Positions 1 through 12,402 of a stretch of DNA of 64,000 nt are shown one piece after another. The stretch comes from Callorhinchus milii (lineage: Eukaryota), in contig NW_024704742.1 of assembly GCF_018977255.1 (NCBI RefSeq), forward strand, positions 66,404,001 through 66,468,000. Reading direction: 5' to 3'. The number at the start of each line of letters is the position of its first letter. The first letter of the stretch is position 1. A program made the position numbers and the translations under genes. Under the pieces are notes generated by a model, which did no database searches, was not told the DNA's origin, and saw only the letters and a program-made list of their open reading frames with translations.

Positions 1-420
1 ACTCACTTGGCGGCGGCTCCCACGAGGTTCCATTGTTTATAATGTGGGGGGAGGGGGCGGGGCTGGGGCCCGGACTGCTCCACCCGGGGGCAGAGGCAGA
101 GGGGTGTCAGCCTGGCCGCAAGGCAAACCGGCCCCGCTCAAAAACACACTCTACCCTTTTTTTAAAGTAAAAAAAGGTAAACAAAGTGCACGAATCCGAG
201 TGTTGTTCGGTGTTTCGTTTTTCGCTGTGGTTTCTCGGCGCGTGAACTCGCGGTCTCCTTACGCCGTTGCACCCCTCGGCTCTGGCTGAATGGTAGTGGC
301 TGAGGTTATAAAAGCGGCTGCGCGGCGCCGCCGGACTCAGTTCTCCTGGAGGTCGGGAGACGGACGGAGGGGATTAGTGTTTGTGGTGGGTGCTGCCGCC
401 TTGACCTGTGCGTGTGTTAA
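1..420. promoter_or_regulatory. CpG-island segment 1 with TATA box (TATAAAAG 307-314) and Inr-like TCAGTT (337-342)
   Basis: CpG-dense compared with the CpG-poor introns; GGGGCGGGG near 54-62; TATA lies about 32 nt upstream of the Inr A at 339, the canonical spacing. Confidence 0.6.
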
Positions 421-432
421 TGTAGTTATCCT

Positions 433-860
433 AAAAGAGAAGGGCTGAAAGGAAGACGAGAAAGAAAGAGAGAGAGAGAGTCAAATTAATATGGGAGAGA
501 AGTGGGAAGAAGAGAAAAACAAAATAACATGAGAGAGAGAGAAAAAGGGGAAGAAACGAGATGGGGAGAGAAAATAACGTGTGGTGTGCGAGAGAGAAAG
601 GTGGGAGAAGAGAAACAAAATATAACGAGATAAAAGAGAGAGGGAAACAAGTGGAACAGAGAAACAAAATAATGTGAGAGAGAGAGAGAAAAAAATGGGT
701 GAAGAGAAAAACGAAATGATATGAGAGAGATAGAGAGAGAAGGGGACAAAAACAATAATCTGAGAAGAGGGGGAGAGAAACGAGAGGAAGAAAATAATAT
801 GAGAGGGGGAAGAGAAAGAATGATAAGAGAAAAACAAAAATAATACGAGAGAAAGAAATG
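433..860. repeat. Purine-rich (GA/A) low-complexity tract, degenerate minisatellite
   Basis: Almost only A/G on the + strand, with recurring AGAGAAAACAAAATAA...GAGAGAGAG units of roughly 45-55 nt. Confidence 0.85.
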
Positions 861-924
861 TTGTTATCTTTGTCGACTGACTCACTTTGTGGAGTTTAAT
901 GGTATCGTTTTGTGTGTCTTTGGC

Positions 925-952
925 TGTGTGTGTGTGTGTGTGGGGGGGGGGG
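925..952. repeat. (TG)n microsatellite followed by poly-G
   Basis: tgtgtgtgtgtgtgtgt then a run of G read directly. Confidence 0.9.
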
Positions 953-959
953 TGTGAAT

Positions 960-1450
960 GAGAGCTGGTGTGAGGCGGGCTGTGCGGTTGGCTGGTGCTG
1001 ATGGTCGGGGAGATGGGGGCTGCTGGAGAGAGAGGGAGAGCGGTGTGTGCGGACGGGGCTCATCTCGTACGGCCTGTGGAGGAGCGGAGACGGGCGGAGA
1101 GCCGGAGCGCACGGCCTTGTGGGCGTTGTAGTTCCTTCGCTCCGCGCCTGCGTGGGGTAGAGGAGACGGAGACTACAACTCCCGGCCTGCCCCGCGGGGC
1201 TGGAGCCGGTGCCGGCCGGTGGCCCGGCTCGCTGCACCTGCGCACTGGCTCTTCACGTTTACCTCACTGTGTTGCCGCGACGCAGCCTAACGTGATTATT
1301 TCAGCCGGGAGGACGAGAACGGATAGGGGCGTGATTGACTGCTCCTTCGGCCAATAGGGAGCCCGGGTGCTGCCAGCTGTTGGGCGGAGTGGCCAATGAG
1401 GGGCGCGGAGTGGGGCGGGGTTAGCGGGCCAGTCAGGTTATTTGCAGTGT
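960..1450 (+). promoter_or_regulatory. CpG-island segment 2; probable FAM53A promoter with two CCAAT boxes and GC boxes
   Basis: CCAAT at 1351-1355 and 1393-1397, GGGCGG at 1382-1387, GGGGCGGGG at 1412-1420, just upstream of a good splice donor at 1570. Confidence 0.7.
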
Positions 1451-1569
1451 TGCTAGTTACAGTCTGTTAGTTGGGGACTGGAGGCATTGAGGCGCACACA
1501 CGGGCCGTCTCCTTGTCAGTCCAGCGGCTCTGAGACGGATGGGAATTCAGCTGGAAAAGACGGTGGGAA
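1450..1569 (+). other. FAM53A: Probable non-coding exon 1 of FAM53A (5' end approximate)
   Basis: Follows the CCAAT/GC boxes and ends at GAA|GTAAGC (donor at 1570), after which the sequence turns AT-rich and intron-like. Confidence 0.55.
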
Positions 1570-3857
1570 GTAAGCGGTGTGAGCTGTTGTGTTTATTTTC
1601 CCCCTTTACAAAAGGATGTGGGGATGGCTGGACAGAGAGAGAAAGGAGGTTGATTGTTATTAAATGTTTCTCCCTCTTTTTCCCTTTCTACCTCTTTTTT
1701 TGTAAATAAATAGTTTCATTGCAAAAATCGATGCAGCAGGAATTGAAATGCAGTTTTAACTTTGCACTTGTCGTTAATGGGCTCATTGAATGGTAGAGTT
1801 CAGCAGTGTGCGCATGCGTGTGTGGGTCGGTGGGGGGGGGTTCAGCTATTTATAAATGACATTTGTTTACGGTGGATTGTATACCCACCGCCGCCTTTTT
1901 TTCCCTTTTAAAAAAAGTTAAATGGAAAAAATATGAATTTTTAACGATGAGTCTGTACTTTGTTATCACAAAGCCTTTTCCTCCTTCCCATAAGCATTAA
2001 AATGATATGTTTATCAATGAAAGCAGAGCTCTTTATCTCCCCCACCCCACTCCATTTTCTCTATTTGATATCCTTTGTGTATTAATGCTTTATTTCATTC
2101 TGCAGGCGAGTGGATCATCCCTTTCCTTTTTTAAAAAAATATATCAAAATTGGGATACTGCAGTATTTCTTGTGATTTCTGACAAAAACATCCAGTGCAT
2201 CCATTCTCTCTGCAGGATCTTGGCTTTTTTGTAGATGATTGTGCAGGGAGAGCTGGGTTGAATTCTCGTTTGTTGAATTCTAGTATTCCCTGATCACCAA
2301 ATGTTAAGATAGCAGGTAGATACCTTGCAGTTTTTTATATATGATATGTGGTGGGCAATGAAACCCATATGGGATTCATAGTGTAGAGTGAATGCATTCA
2401 CATGCAGCCACGAAGAGCATGAAACTGAAACCTTAACACTGAGTGCATTTTTCCTGGGGGTTGGGATTGAAAGAGGAGTTTTACTGTAGTAATACCAACA
2501 GGTGTTCACCAGTATGTAAAGCAGCTGCCAATTCTGATAGAGAGCTATTCAATTATATCTGAACTGATTTGCATTCCAGGATATGTGATTTCTTGGGGCT
2601 GAGGAAAAATTCAAAACTATACATTGTTAAAATAAGCAAAATTCAACTCAGAAAATCTGTATAAATATATTATTTTTGGAAGTGTTGAGTATGAAGTCAA
2701 ATTTGAGAAGGTGGGGGTTTCTGTAATTCATATCTTCTAAATACCTAAGGGTTTCAGTTTAGATCAGCCCACACAAAGCTGGTAACCCTTAACTGAACTT
2801 GTATTGCAAAACTGATCTGGATTGGTTACTGAGTAGGCAATACTTCTGTAGATTTTTCTTTCTAGGGAGATTCCATAGATGCACAAGGTTAGAGTATTAC
2901 AGAGTGGTTTTGTGTGTGTAACAGAAATAGGTTTACAGGAAAATTAACAATTTCCTGCCTGAAATAAATAATATTTTGCAGCCAGTTGATTTCATCTTTA
3001 ATATAATTTTTTAGTTATAACAACTACTGTAAGTCTGTTTTTAGTGTTAAGGTAATCTGAATGAGTAGAATCCACCTCATGTGTTCCAGGCCCTTTGCAA
3101 TCTTTAATGTAAAAGTAGTACCCATGGGAAATAACACTGGTGACCGACTGGTCTCTTGACCTAAAAGAATAATAGAATCTTCAGTTGAGTTTATTTATGG
3201 TATGTCTGTGTACTAAAATATAGCAAGAGAGAGGGGAGAAGTAAAAACATCTGGCATGTTGGATTTAATAGTTGGATACATAAATTCTGTTCTTTAACCA
3301 CATCCAATTATAGCTTCTTCTGTGGGTTTTACGGTGGATTTTCTGTTCGCAAGCCTTTGAATTTCTAAATGTCTTACACATTAGGGAAAGAGAAAAATCC
3401 ACAGAATCTTTTCTATGTTTGATATTTAGACTTATCCAAAAAGGAACTATCTTGTTTGGGTGTTTATTATGCTGATGGGAGTAGGTTTTTTTTGCCTGTG
3501 GATCAGAGAAAGGTTTACATTTTTTGGGGACATGTGTAATGATTTTTCAGTTTGAGATCAGCTTTTCTATAATCAATAAAAAAAAGTCTGGCAGTTCTGG
3601 AATCTTCTGACTTCTTACATTGAGAACCGCACAGTGCAAGTATTATGCATTAAAAGGCTACTGTACTCTTATCATAACTTTCACATTAAGTAATTGTACA
3701 GTCTTGTTATGAATAATGCATAAAATGCCTTCAGTTGTTTTGGTATTTACTGCAACTGTACAATTAAGGTTGACTTGGGCATTGTCCAGTTTACTTACAT
3801 TACACTTGGTAATCTGAGTATTTGCTCTAAATTGGGACTGCTCCATTCTTTCTTTTA

Positions 3858-4128
3858 GTAATAATAATAATCCAATACTTGCGGTATAGTGCCTTATCAT
3901 GTCTTCTAGACGTCTCAAAGTGCTTCATTGATTATACTGTAAATTCACTATATTTGTGGGCGAAACACGGCAACTAATTGTACACAGCAGTGTCCCACAA
4001 ACAGTTGTGGATTGAGTGACCAAATTATTTTTTTTGATGGATTATTATCGGAAAAGCGATCCGCCAATCGTCTAACAACCAGGTTTCTACTTACTGCTTG
4101 GTAAACAGGTGTGTGGAGTAAGAAAATT
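3858..4128 (-). mobile_element. Young tRNA-SINE family, 5'-truncated long version
   Basis: Reverse complement of the body and (ATT)n tail seen at 14466-14830, including the TTTACC..AGCAGTAAGTAG segment. Confidence 0.8.
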
Positions 4129-5009
4129 AGTAAGAGGAACCTGGCAGTACTTGATGATTTTTAATGTTTTTTGGGGGGTGTGTGTATGCACACATACTCT
4201 GCTCATTTTCACTCTTTTGCAATTAAAGTAGACTGTTCAGTCCTAGTAGCTTGAACTTACTGTTGGTCATGCTCAAAATAGCTTTAAGCTTCAGTCGTCC
4301 ATTCACAAATGGAGTAATGATTATAGTAACCTCTCGGACATTGCCGAGTGCAAAGATTCCTGTAAATGATGGTTCTATTGGAATAGCAAACCTGAATGGT
4401 CACCAGTACTGTAGATTTAACTTGGTGGTGTTGATCCTTCATAGGTGAAACCACTGAACTATTAGTACTGTAGCTCAGCAAATGCTATTCAATAATGTTG
4501 GATTAGGAGAATGGATTGCTCAGTAAATTTAAATGAAATTAATGTTACACCATTAGAATTTTGCAGGTTTTTGCTGGGTTTAATCTATTGTGAACAGCGT
4601 GGTATGTTTTTCATTTGTCTATGATTACTGCTATTTACCACAGGTACTGTAGTTATAATAATAATCCTTGCATTTGATATAGTGCCTTATGTTGAGACTT
4701 CTCAAAGTGCCTCACAGAATATACTGTAAAGTGAATTGACTATTTTGTGGGTGAAAAGTTGGTGAAACTAAATGGATTAAAACTAGAAAAACAATGAATA
4801 CTTTGCTGCGGGGTATTTGTAATGGTGTTGGGTGAGCTAAACTGTCAAAACAATTTTGTATGATAAGCTTGATTAGAGATATGACCTAGTTCAGTCATTT
4901 TGGGGAAATCTCCTACTCTGCTGTGTAGCAGGAAATTTGTTTTGTGGGGTAGGCAATATACTAAAATAGTTATCAGGTAATCTCCAGTCCCCTGCATCTT
5001 GTGTGCACA

Positions 5010-5300
5010 GGTGTTTAGGTTGACACGCCAATATGGTGCTTGGGGAGTGCTGTTGGAGGTGCTGTTCTACGGATGAAATGCTTATGTCCCTAATGTTCAG
5101 GTGGACGATAAAGATTCATGGCATGAGGGAGACTAGGGAGATTCTTCAGGTGCTATAGGCATAGGTTTCCAGATAAATTTGGTCATTCACTTCATTACAG
5201 CTTGTGCGACGTGGCTGCTGTCCTATAATAGTCATTGCACTTTACTTGGGACATCCTCCTGGCATGAAAGGCGCTATACAAATGTAATTTATTGTTTGCA
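5010..5300 (+). mobile_element. Old Deu-type SINE (SacSINE1/AmnSINE1-like), degraded
   Basis: GGAGTGCTGTTGGAGGTGCTG...TTCAGGTGGACGATAAAGAT...TGAAAGGCGCTATACAAATG, matching other copies in the window. Confidence 0.6.
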
Positions 5301-5359
5301 GTAAGCTTTCGTGAAGTGCTTTGAGACAATTTGTTGATGTGGTAGTACACTAGATCTAG

Positions 5360-5600
5360 GGAGTACTGTAGCTCAGTGGTTAGAGCACTTGACTCACAAA
5401 CGAGAGACCTGGGTTCGATTCCCCGCAGGGCAAACCTTGGGCAAGTTTCCTCACTCCACGCGCCTGATAATAATCCCTCAAGAAAAAAGACAATAATAAT
5501 TTGGTCACTCAATCCATGACTGTTTGTGGGACACAGCTGTGTGCAATTGGCTGCTTCGTTTCACCCACAGAAATAGTCAATTCACTTTATAGTATATATT
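5360..5600 (+). mobile_element. Young tRNA-SINE, short (internally deleted) version
   Basis: A-box TAGCTCAGTGG, B-box GGTTCGATTCC, then ACCTTGGGCAAGTTTCC and the family body. Confidence 0.85.
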
Positions 5601-5607
5601 TTAAACT

Positions 5608-7105
5608 TCTGGTCTTCAAGAAAGATGACAGAACCAAACATGAAAATTACAGACCCATTAGCCTGATTTGAATAATTGGAAAATTATGAAATCAATCATC
5701 AGAAAGGAACTAGAAGAAAGCTTTTATAAAAATCTAATAAATAAAAGCCAACTTGGGTTCAGAAAGGGTAACTCTTGCCTGATGAAACTGACTTTTTTGA
5801 GGAAGTGACAGCTCAAATTGACTGTGGGAAGCCATATGATGTAGTATATATAGACTTCCAAAAGGCATTTATCAAAGTACCACATGAAAGACTCCATCGC
5901 AAACTGTGGTCACTGATATCAAGGGCAAGACATGGATGTGGATACAGATTTGACTGGAAGGAAGAAAGCAGTTTTTTTTAGGGGAACTAGGTCAAAATCG
6001 GTGTAGGTATTAAATGGAGTTCTAGAGGGATCTGTCGTTATTTGCATATTTTGATGATCTGGATTTACAGACCCAGTGTAAGGTAGTTACATTTTCAGGT
6101 TGTTGGGGACTAGAATTAGAGAAGGCAACAAAATACTACAAAGAGCTTGATTGGATATACACATGGTCTAATGACTGTTAAGTGACATTTAATACAGATA
6201 CATGTGAGGTACCACAGGAAGTAAGAATAGGAAACGCACATTACTCACGTGGATGGGACAGAACTTACCACGGGACAAGCTGAAAGAGATCTAGGGGTGT
6301 TAGTTGACTTGTCATTCACTATGTCAAAACAGTGTGAGACAGTAATAAACCAAGCAAACTGGATGTTGGGCTATATTGTTAAATCTTTTGAGTTCATATC
6401 CCCAGACATCATGAAGCTTTATAGTGCTCTGGTCAGACTGCACCTAGAGCACTGCTTACAGGTCTAGTTACCACAACATAGAAGGTCCGCCCAAGGCCTC
6501 GAGGCAGAATAGAGAAGAGCGATGCGAATGGTCGGCAGTGTTGGAGGAATGAGCTATGAGCAACAGTTGGACGTGTTCGCCTCTTCAGTCTTGAGAAATA
6601 TCTCAGAGGCAACTTTATAGGGGTGCATAACATTTTAAATGGAATTGGAAAAGTAACCCCAGAACAATACTCTGGGATGCATCAAGATAGTACAGCTACA
6701 TGCTGTATTATATGGTGCTCTTTATGCAGGGTAACATCTCGGAGCGCTTAACATTGGCGGAACTTGACATAAAGCCAGGGTGGGAGGTGAGTAGGCATGC
6801 TTGGAGAGGTGTGATTTGAAGATGGGCAAGGCAGAGGGATTGAAGCAGAGAATATATATTACAAGCTCATGTGAGATTAGGGTTGCAAAGGGCAATTTTA
6901 GGACAGACACCTGGAAATTTTTCTTTACCCAGAGGATAATCAGCAATGAACAGGATGTTGGGAAGGGTGTTGAGGCTCGGACACTGGACTTGTTTTTTTT
7001 AAAAAACAGCTTGGTGCTGCGATGAGAGGAAGGAGGGGGAATGTTCTAGAAGAATGGAATCAGAGGGGTGAAAGAGGCTTCTTCATCTGAACTAATCTTG
7101 TGATT
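5608..7105 (+). mobile_element. Old CR1 LINE 3' portion (decayed ORF2), interrupted near 6690-6850
   Basis: Translations DVVYIDFQKAF.KVPHERL, ERDLGVLVD, LYSALVRLHLEHCLQV and FRTD..KFFFTQRII are typical CR1 RT-region motifs; many stops and frameshifts. Confidence 0.85.
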
Positions 7106-8714
7106 TGCACCTAGTAGTAATTAATATTAATAATCCTTGTTTTTGGTATACCGCCTTTCACATGAGGCAGATGTCTCAAAGTGCTTCACAGGGTTTACTG
7201 TAAAATGGAGTGCCTGTTTTGTGATTAAACACTAATTTGAGCATAGCAATGTCCCAGTAGAACAGCACTGATCAGATTATATGCAGTGAAGAAACACAAA
7301 CTACTTTGAGAAAATCGATGTTAACATGCGTTTTATTTCCTTTTTTTGCAGTTGTGCAATTAATAAGACGTTTCGGGCTTGCTGATGCAACAGTGAGTAA
7401 AGTGTCCCTGACATACAGTTAGCGTTCCCTATAGTTTGGTTGGAAAGCCTAAGGTGTAATGTTTGCTCTATTTAAAATGCATTCTAAATGGATGTCCATG
7501 TTGCCTTTTATGCCCCCTTCTCTTCTCTCCTCACACACATGCACCCAATTTATGTTTCCTTCCGCCCACACCAGATTCCTGTATTTGTGAGGCTTCCTTT
7601 AGACTAGCTTTGAATGTTTTGCTTAAGGTGTCTGAGGACAATTCCTTCAAATCCCAGAATCCTTTGGAAATGAGTGTATGTCTTGAAAGTGAACGCTTAT
7701 GTCAGATTTTAAAAATAACAATCCACAGATTACTTGACCATTTTGTGGCTCTTTGTAGGACCTTGATGCTTCAACATGGCTGTGGCAGTACACACAGGCA
7801 CTACACTTGACATTAATTACTTGTGTTGCACTTTGAGATGTTTTGATGTGATCAGGCAATCGTTTGTATAAAAAAAGAACAAGTTGTCTACTTAGAATAA
7901 CATGGTGTATCAAATTGGCTTTTGCATTATGTTAAACTTCTCCAGGGTCAGATGGAAAAGGTTAACTTTTAATGCCCGTGTCACAGGTTTTTAGTGTCAC
8001 CTGCCTAACCTTTGTTGCTCACTGTGCATGATAGGTTGAACATAGTGACTGGCCGTTTTTTAGGCACACACCAAATAAAAAGTGGATTGATGGCCTACAT
8101 CTCAGCAACTCATAGAGTGCTGAAGGCAGCAGCTTCACTCTATGTGCAGATGGCAGTGGGCCACTGATGTCACTGTGACTAGCAACCGCTTTTTGTTTAC
8201 CACCAGTTTTGAGCTGGTGTCAGATTGCCAGTGGCTGTTTATTTTTGCTCATCTCTCACACAGTGCTTGCTGCAAATGGGGGCTCTTTTCTTGTATGTGA
8301 ATTTTAACAAGTAGCTTTGAAATGTGTTGCTTTGCATTGCCCAATCTAGTGTGCAATTTCCGTTTCCATTTAGTTTGAGGTTTGTCTTCTCTCCAGCCAT
8401 AAGTCCCCGAGCAGCATTTCTTGGTCAAGAAGGTGGCAGATGACTTGTCAAGAGGCTGGTGTTGCTCTCAATTCCCCTCCCTTCTGGGTAATGCTTGGCC
8501 TCCACTTACTGCCAAGATTGGGATTTCACCGAGTGTGGACTAACTGGTGCTTTTCTCTATTGGGGTTTGTTTGTTGTTCCTTACACTCGCCCTAAAGTTT
8601 GAATGTCGACGACTAACACCACTCATCTGTTAAATGAGAAGTGTGCTTTTTTATGTAAAAAGAACCCCTGCCATTTGGTATAAATGCAATTCTCTTATAT
8701 TAGGCTTCAATTTG

Positions 8715-9120
8715 GCTCGGTTGATGGAGCTCTCATTGCTGGGTCAGAGGTGGTGGGTTAAACCCCCTTTTTTGAACTTGAACTTGCAAGCTAGACTGAC
8801 ATTCCCATGCAGGAGTGGAGGAACACTGTATTGTGGAGGTGCTGTGCTTCTAAGTGAGATGTTAAACTGAGGTCCAGTCAGGCTGTTCAGGCAGATGCTG
8901 AAGTTCCCATGCCACCATTCAAAAAGAGAAGGGAGTTTCTCCTGGTATTCTGGTCAACATCCTCAAGACAATTGACTCTTCGTGGCTGTTCATGAGACAT
9001 TTGCTGTGTACAAAATGGCTGCTACAATTGTCTACAAATACACAGTCTTTAAGCTTCGCAGCAATTATCCGTGAAGGACTTTGAGATGTTGAAGGTGCTT
9101 TGTCAATTGTAAGGATTTTT
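8715..9120 (+). mobile_element. Old Deu-type SINE, near full length
   Basis: Decayed tRNA head, GGAGGTGCTG..GAGATGTTAAACTGAGG..TTCAGG..CCTGGT body, TTGCTGTGTACAAAATGGCTGCT domain and tail. Confidence 0.7.
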
Positions 9121-10092
9121 TTTTACATAAAATGTTCCAACACATGAGGCTGTCTGTTGATTTTTGTTTGATCTCAGAAACTGTAGGTATTAATGGAATG
9201 ATGCACATGTTATTTAAGGAAATCGATGTGAAGCCATTTTAAAAATTATTAGGATAATTAGCTGATCTTAGATTTCAGTTTTTTAAAGAAAGTTTTACTG
9301 CTTTTGATTTGTTTCTGTTGCCCCTGGCCTTTATTCCCCTGATCAAGGGGATTGTTAGCCTGGAGAAACTCGCTACTCTTCTTGCGGTGGGATCTTTAAT
9401 ATTCACCTGAGCAGACAGAAGTTTTAATTGTCTTATCTGAAGTTTTGCACATCTAACAATACAGCATTCTGCCAGCACTGCACTGGAGGGTCAGCCCAAA
9501 CTCTGATGCCAAATGGTGTAGAGGGAAAGGATCCTTGAGTTTGGATTGATTTGTAGTGTAATTCAGCCTGTTGTATAATATTTGGGCCTTTCTGGTCTGG
9601 TTCCTGTCATAGTTTGATGCTATTTCAGCAGAAATGCTGTAAAATATTGACTAGCTTCATAACCATTTTCAGTGAGTTACTGAATCCTTCTAAGTGCGCA
9701 ATTGGCTGCCGCGTTCGCCCACAAATGTACAGTCAATTCACTTTACAGTGTGTTCTGTGAAGCGCTTTGGGACGTCCTCCCGACGTGAAAAGCGCGATAT
9801 CAAATGCAAGGATTATTATTATTAAGTGATGGGGAATGCTGTAAAATAAGCCTGTTATGCCAACTTCTATTTTAGTTGGTGGCCTGTAATTTGCTTCAAA
9901 CCATCAGCAGTTAGTTTTCCATTAGCAAATGGGCTCTGGGCTAGCCCTTTAAGAACAAATTCTTATTTGAAGTTTCCAAAATGCTCATGTTACCTGTTAA
10001 ATATGTAACTGAAACAACACTAGAGTATAAGTTTCTGCTGCGTTTTCTAATCTAGAAATTGAGATGTACGTGGAGCTGGAAAACCTTGAAGT

Positions 10093-10445
10093 TAGAATCG
10101 TAGAATATTACAGCACAGAAGGAGGCCATTCAGCCCATCGTACCTGTGCCGGATTTGAAAGAGCTATCCAACTAGTCCCTCTCCCCCGCTCTTATCCCAT
10201 AAACCTGCAAATTTTTCCTTTTCAAGTACTTATCCAATTTCCTTTTGAAAGCTACTATCGAATCTGCTTTCACCACAGTTTCAGAAGTGCACTCCAGATC
10301 ATAATAACTTGTTGGCTAAAAATTTTTTCCTCATCTCCCCTCTGGTTCTTTAGCCACTTATCTGAAATCTGTGTCCACTGGTTACCTTCCCACCTGCCAG
10401 AGGAAATCGTTTCTCCTTATTTACTTATCAAAACCCTTCGTAATT
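10093..10445 (-). mobile_element. CR1 LINE 3' end
   Basis: TAGAATCGTAGAAT (reverse of the ATTCTATG-type tail) and CAGCACAGAAGGAGGCCATTCAGCCCATCG, shared with other CR1 ends. Confidence 0.8.
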
Positions 10446-12204
10446 CCTGATAGTTCATGGTAATCCGTGGTCATATTAGGAATAACATAAGCGACGAATA
10501 GGATCTGCTGATATCAAAACGTCTCTGTAGATTGACATGGCTGAAAGAATGCTTAGTATATTTGAAGACAGCTGACATGAGCGTTGGGAGTTGTGATCAA
10601 TCTGAAGGTTGTCAGTGGTTTAACATTAAGGGTCTTTTCCTTAAATATCCTTTGGTGGACCTTTTAAATCCAAGGCATGAAGGTATGTGTGCTGGGTGGA
10701 AAGAAAAGGGATTTGGACGTGAAGACCATGAATTTTATAGCTCCTATAACTGAAAGTTCTCAAAAGTATTTCACAATAATTTGTGATCTTCCCCCCCTTG
10801 CCTCTGTGAAGGAACTATATCAAATGCAAGTATGATTATTACTTTATCTTCAGAGTGATGCTGCTTTGTTTTGTTTTTTGAATTGGTATGCATGATTTTG
10901 AAGTTGTAAATACTGTAGAGATTCACTGACCTGAACATCTCATTCGAAGCACTGTTGGAGGCAATAGGGGACGATGATCTAAGTTTTTAATACGATGAGT
11001 TATAGACAGACTTTAGCAGGCTGTTTGACTTGGGAGCAGAGAGAGCAGAACCAGAGAGCCAGGGATTAAAATTAAATGGCCTCAACAATAGGTGCAGGCT
11101 GAGAGATTGTCATTTATCTTTGAGCCGTAGACAGTATTAGCAAATCCAGTACGAGCAAATACTGTACTCTGCTCAGCATGTTAAAAACACTGTGCAAATG
11201 AGTTCCCCACCTTAGATTCTACCCAACCTAAATAGAATTATGTTGCCATGGCTGATCAATGCAGCAAGAGTTTTGTTCAGTACAATAAGACTTGTTTTTA
11301 CACTCTTTGTTCTTCCACCACCACCACCATTGACATTTTTGGTGTGGTGCCACAGGTCCCCTTGCACCTGTTACTGTGAACTCATTCTATAAAATGCTTT
11401 TGGGAATGGATTAAAGCAACTGCTTCTGGGAAGTGAATGGCTAGGCCTTTAGCTCCCTCTGTGCCATAAGACTTTACTCCAGAGTTAACATGGGAAACCT
11501 GAGCCACTGACCTAGAAAGGTAAACTGAAAGGCTGATTGTGTTTAGGAGTTTGAATTTAGTTAGGCTTTTGAGCTCATACTTACAGTGCTTTCCTATCAG
11601 AGAAAGTAAATTTGCTCCAAAGTTTATTTATGTTTCGAACTGTCTGAAATTCCATTAAGCTATTTGGGTACTCAATTAAAAGCAAAGGTCTGATAGAACT
11701 GTTTTCAGTTGGGTTTCAATAGTGTCATTTTTGGGGGGAATCGTTTATGTGAATATTTCTGCTTCAGAAAGTACCATAGGTTTTTTTTAAGATGTTGTAT
11801 ACCCGGATGGCTAAGTGGCTGAATTGATACTGAGCTATATGGGAAGGAAGGTTTATTGAGGCCTGATGTTTCTCACAGCTTTAGCCTTAAGACCATTACT
11901 TTAAAGCTTTGGATCATGCTTATAGAAACACATCAACACACAAAAAGGCTAGTCAACCTATTGTGGCAATGCTGGCTCTTAAAGGGCCACTGCACTTGCA
12001 ATCTAAGAATAGCTATTTGTTTCATCCACCATCTGAAAAGGAGCTAGAAAAATTGCAAGGGGGAAAAAAGGGTCTGTCTTTGATAACTGGCCTCTCAATC
12101 CTTGACTGTCCAGTGCCTTGGGACATTCCCCGACGTGAAGGGCACTGTACAAATATAATTTGTTGTTTACTGTCAAGTGTAGTGACTGTATTTTGCTGGT
12201 GAAC

Positions 12205-12402
12205 ATAGAATCATAGAATTGTACAGCACAAAAAGAGGCCATTCGGCCCATCGAGTTTGTGCCCACTCTTTGAATAGAGCAATTAATGTCAATCACACTC
12301 CCCAGCCCTTTCCCCATAACCCTGCAAACCCGTCCTCCTCAAATACCCGGCTACCACGTTTTTAAAAGTAGTTATCGAATCGGCCTCGACCACACTTTCA
12401 GG
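12205..12402 (-). mobile_element. Young CR1 LINE 3' end inserted among SINE fragments
   Basis: CATAGAATCATAGAAT tail; nearly identical to 27531-27722. Confidence 0.85.

Noticed and set aside
431..885. Hydrophobic F/L/S-rich minus-strand ORFs resembling membrane peptides
   Set aside because: Artefact of translating the complement of the GA-rich tract.
882..1357. Several GC-rich ORFs in the promoter island
   Set aside because: Stop codons are scarce in GC-rich DNA; no recognisable protein.
5360..5432. tRNA gene (A and B boxes present), likewise the other SINE heads
   Set aside because: No proper acceptor stem or terminator; each runs straight into a SINE body.
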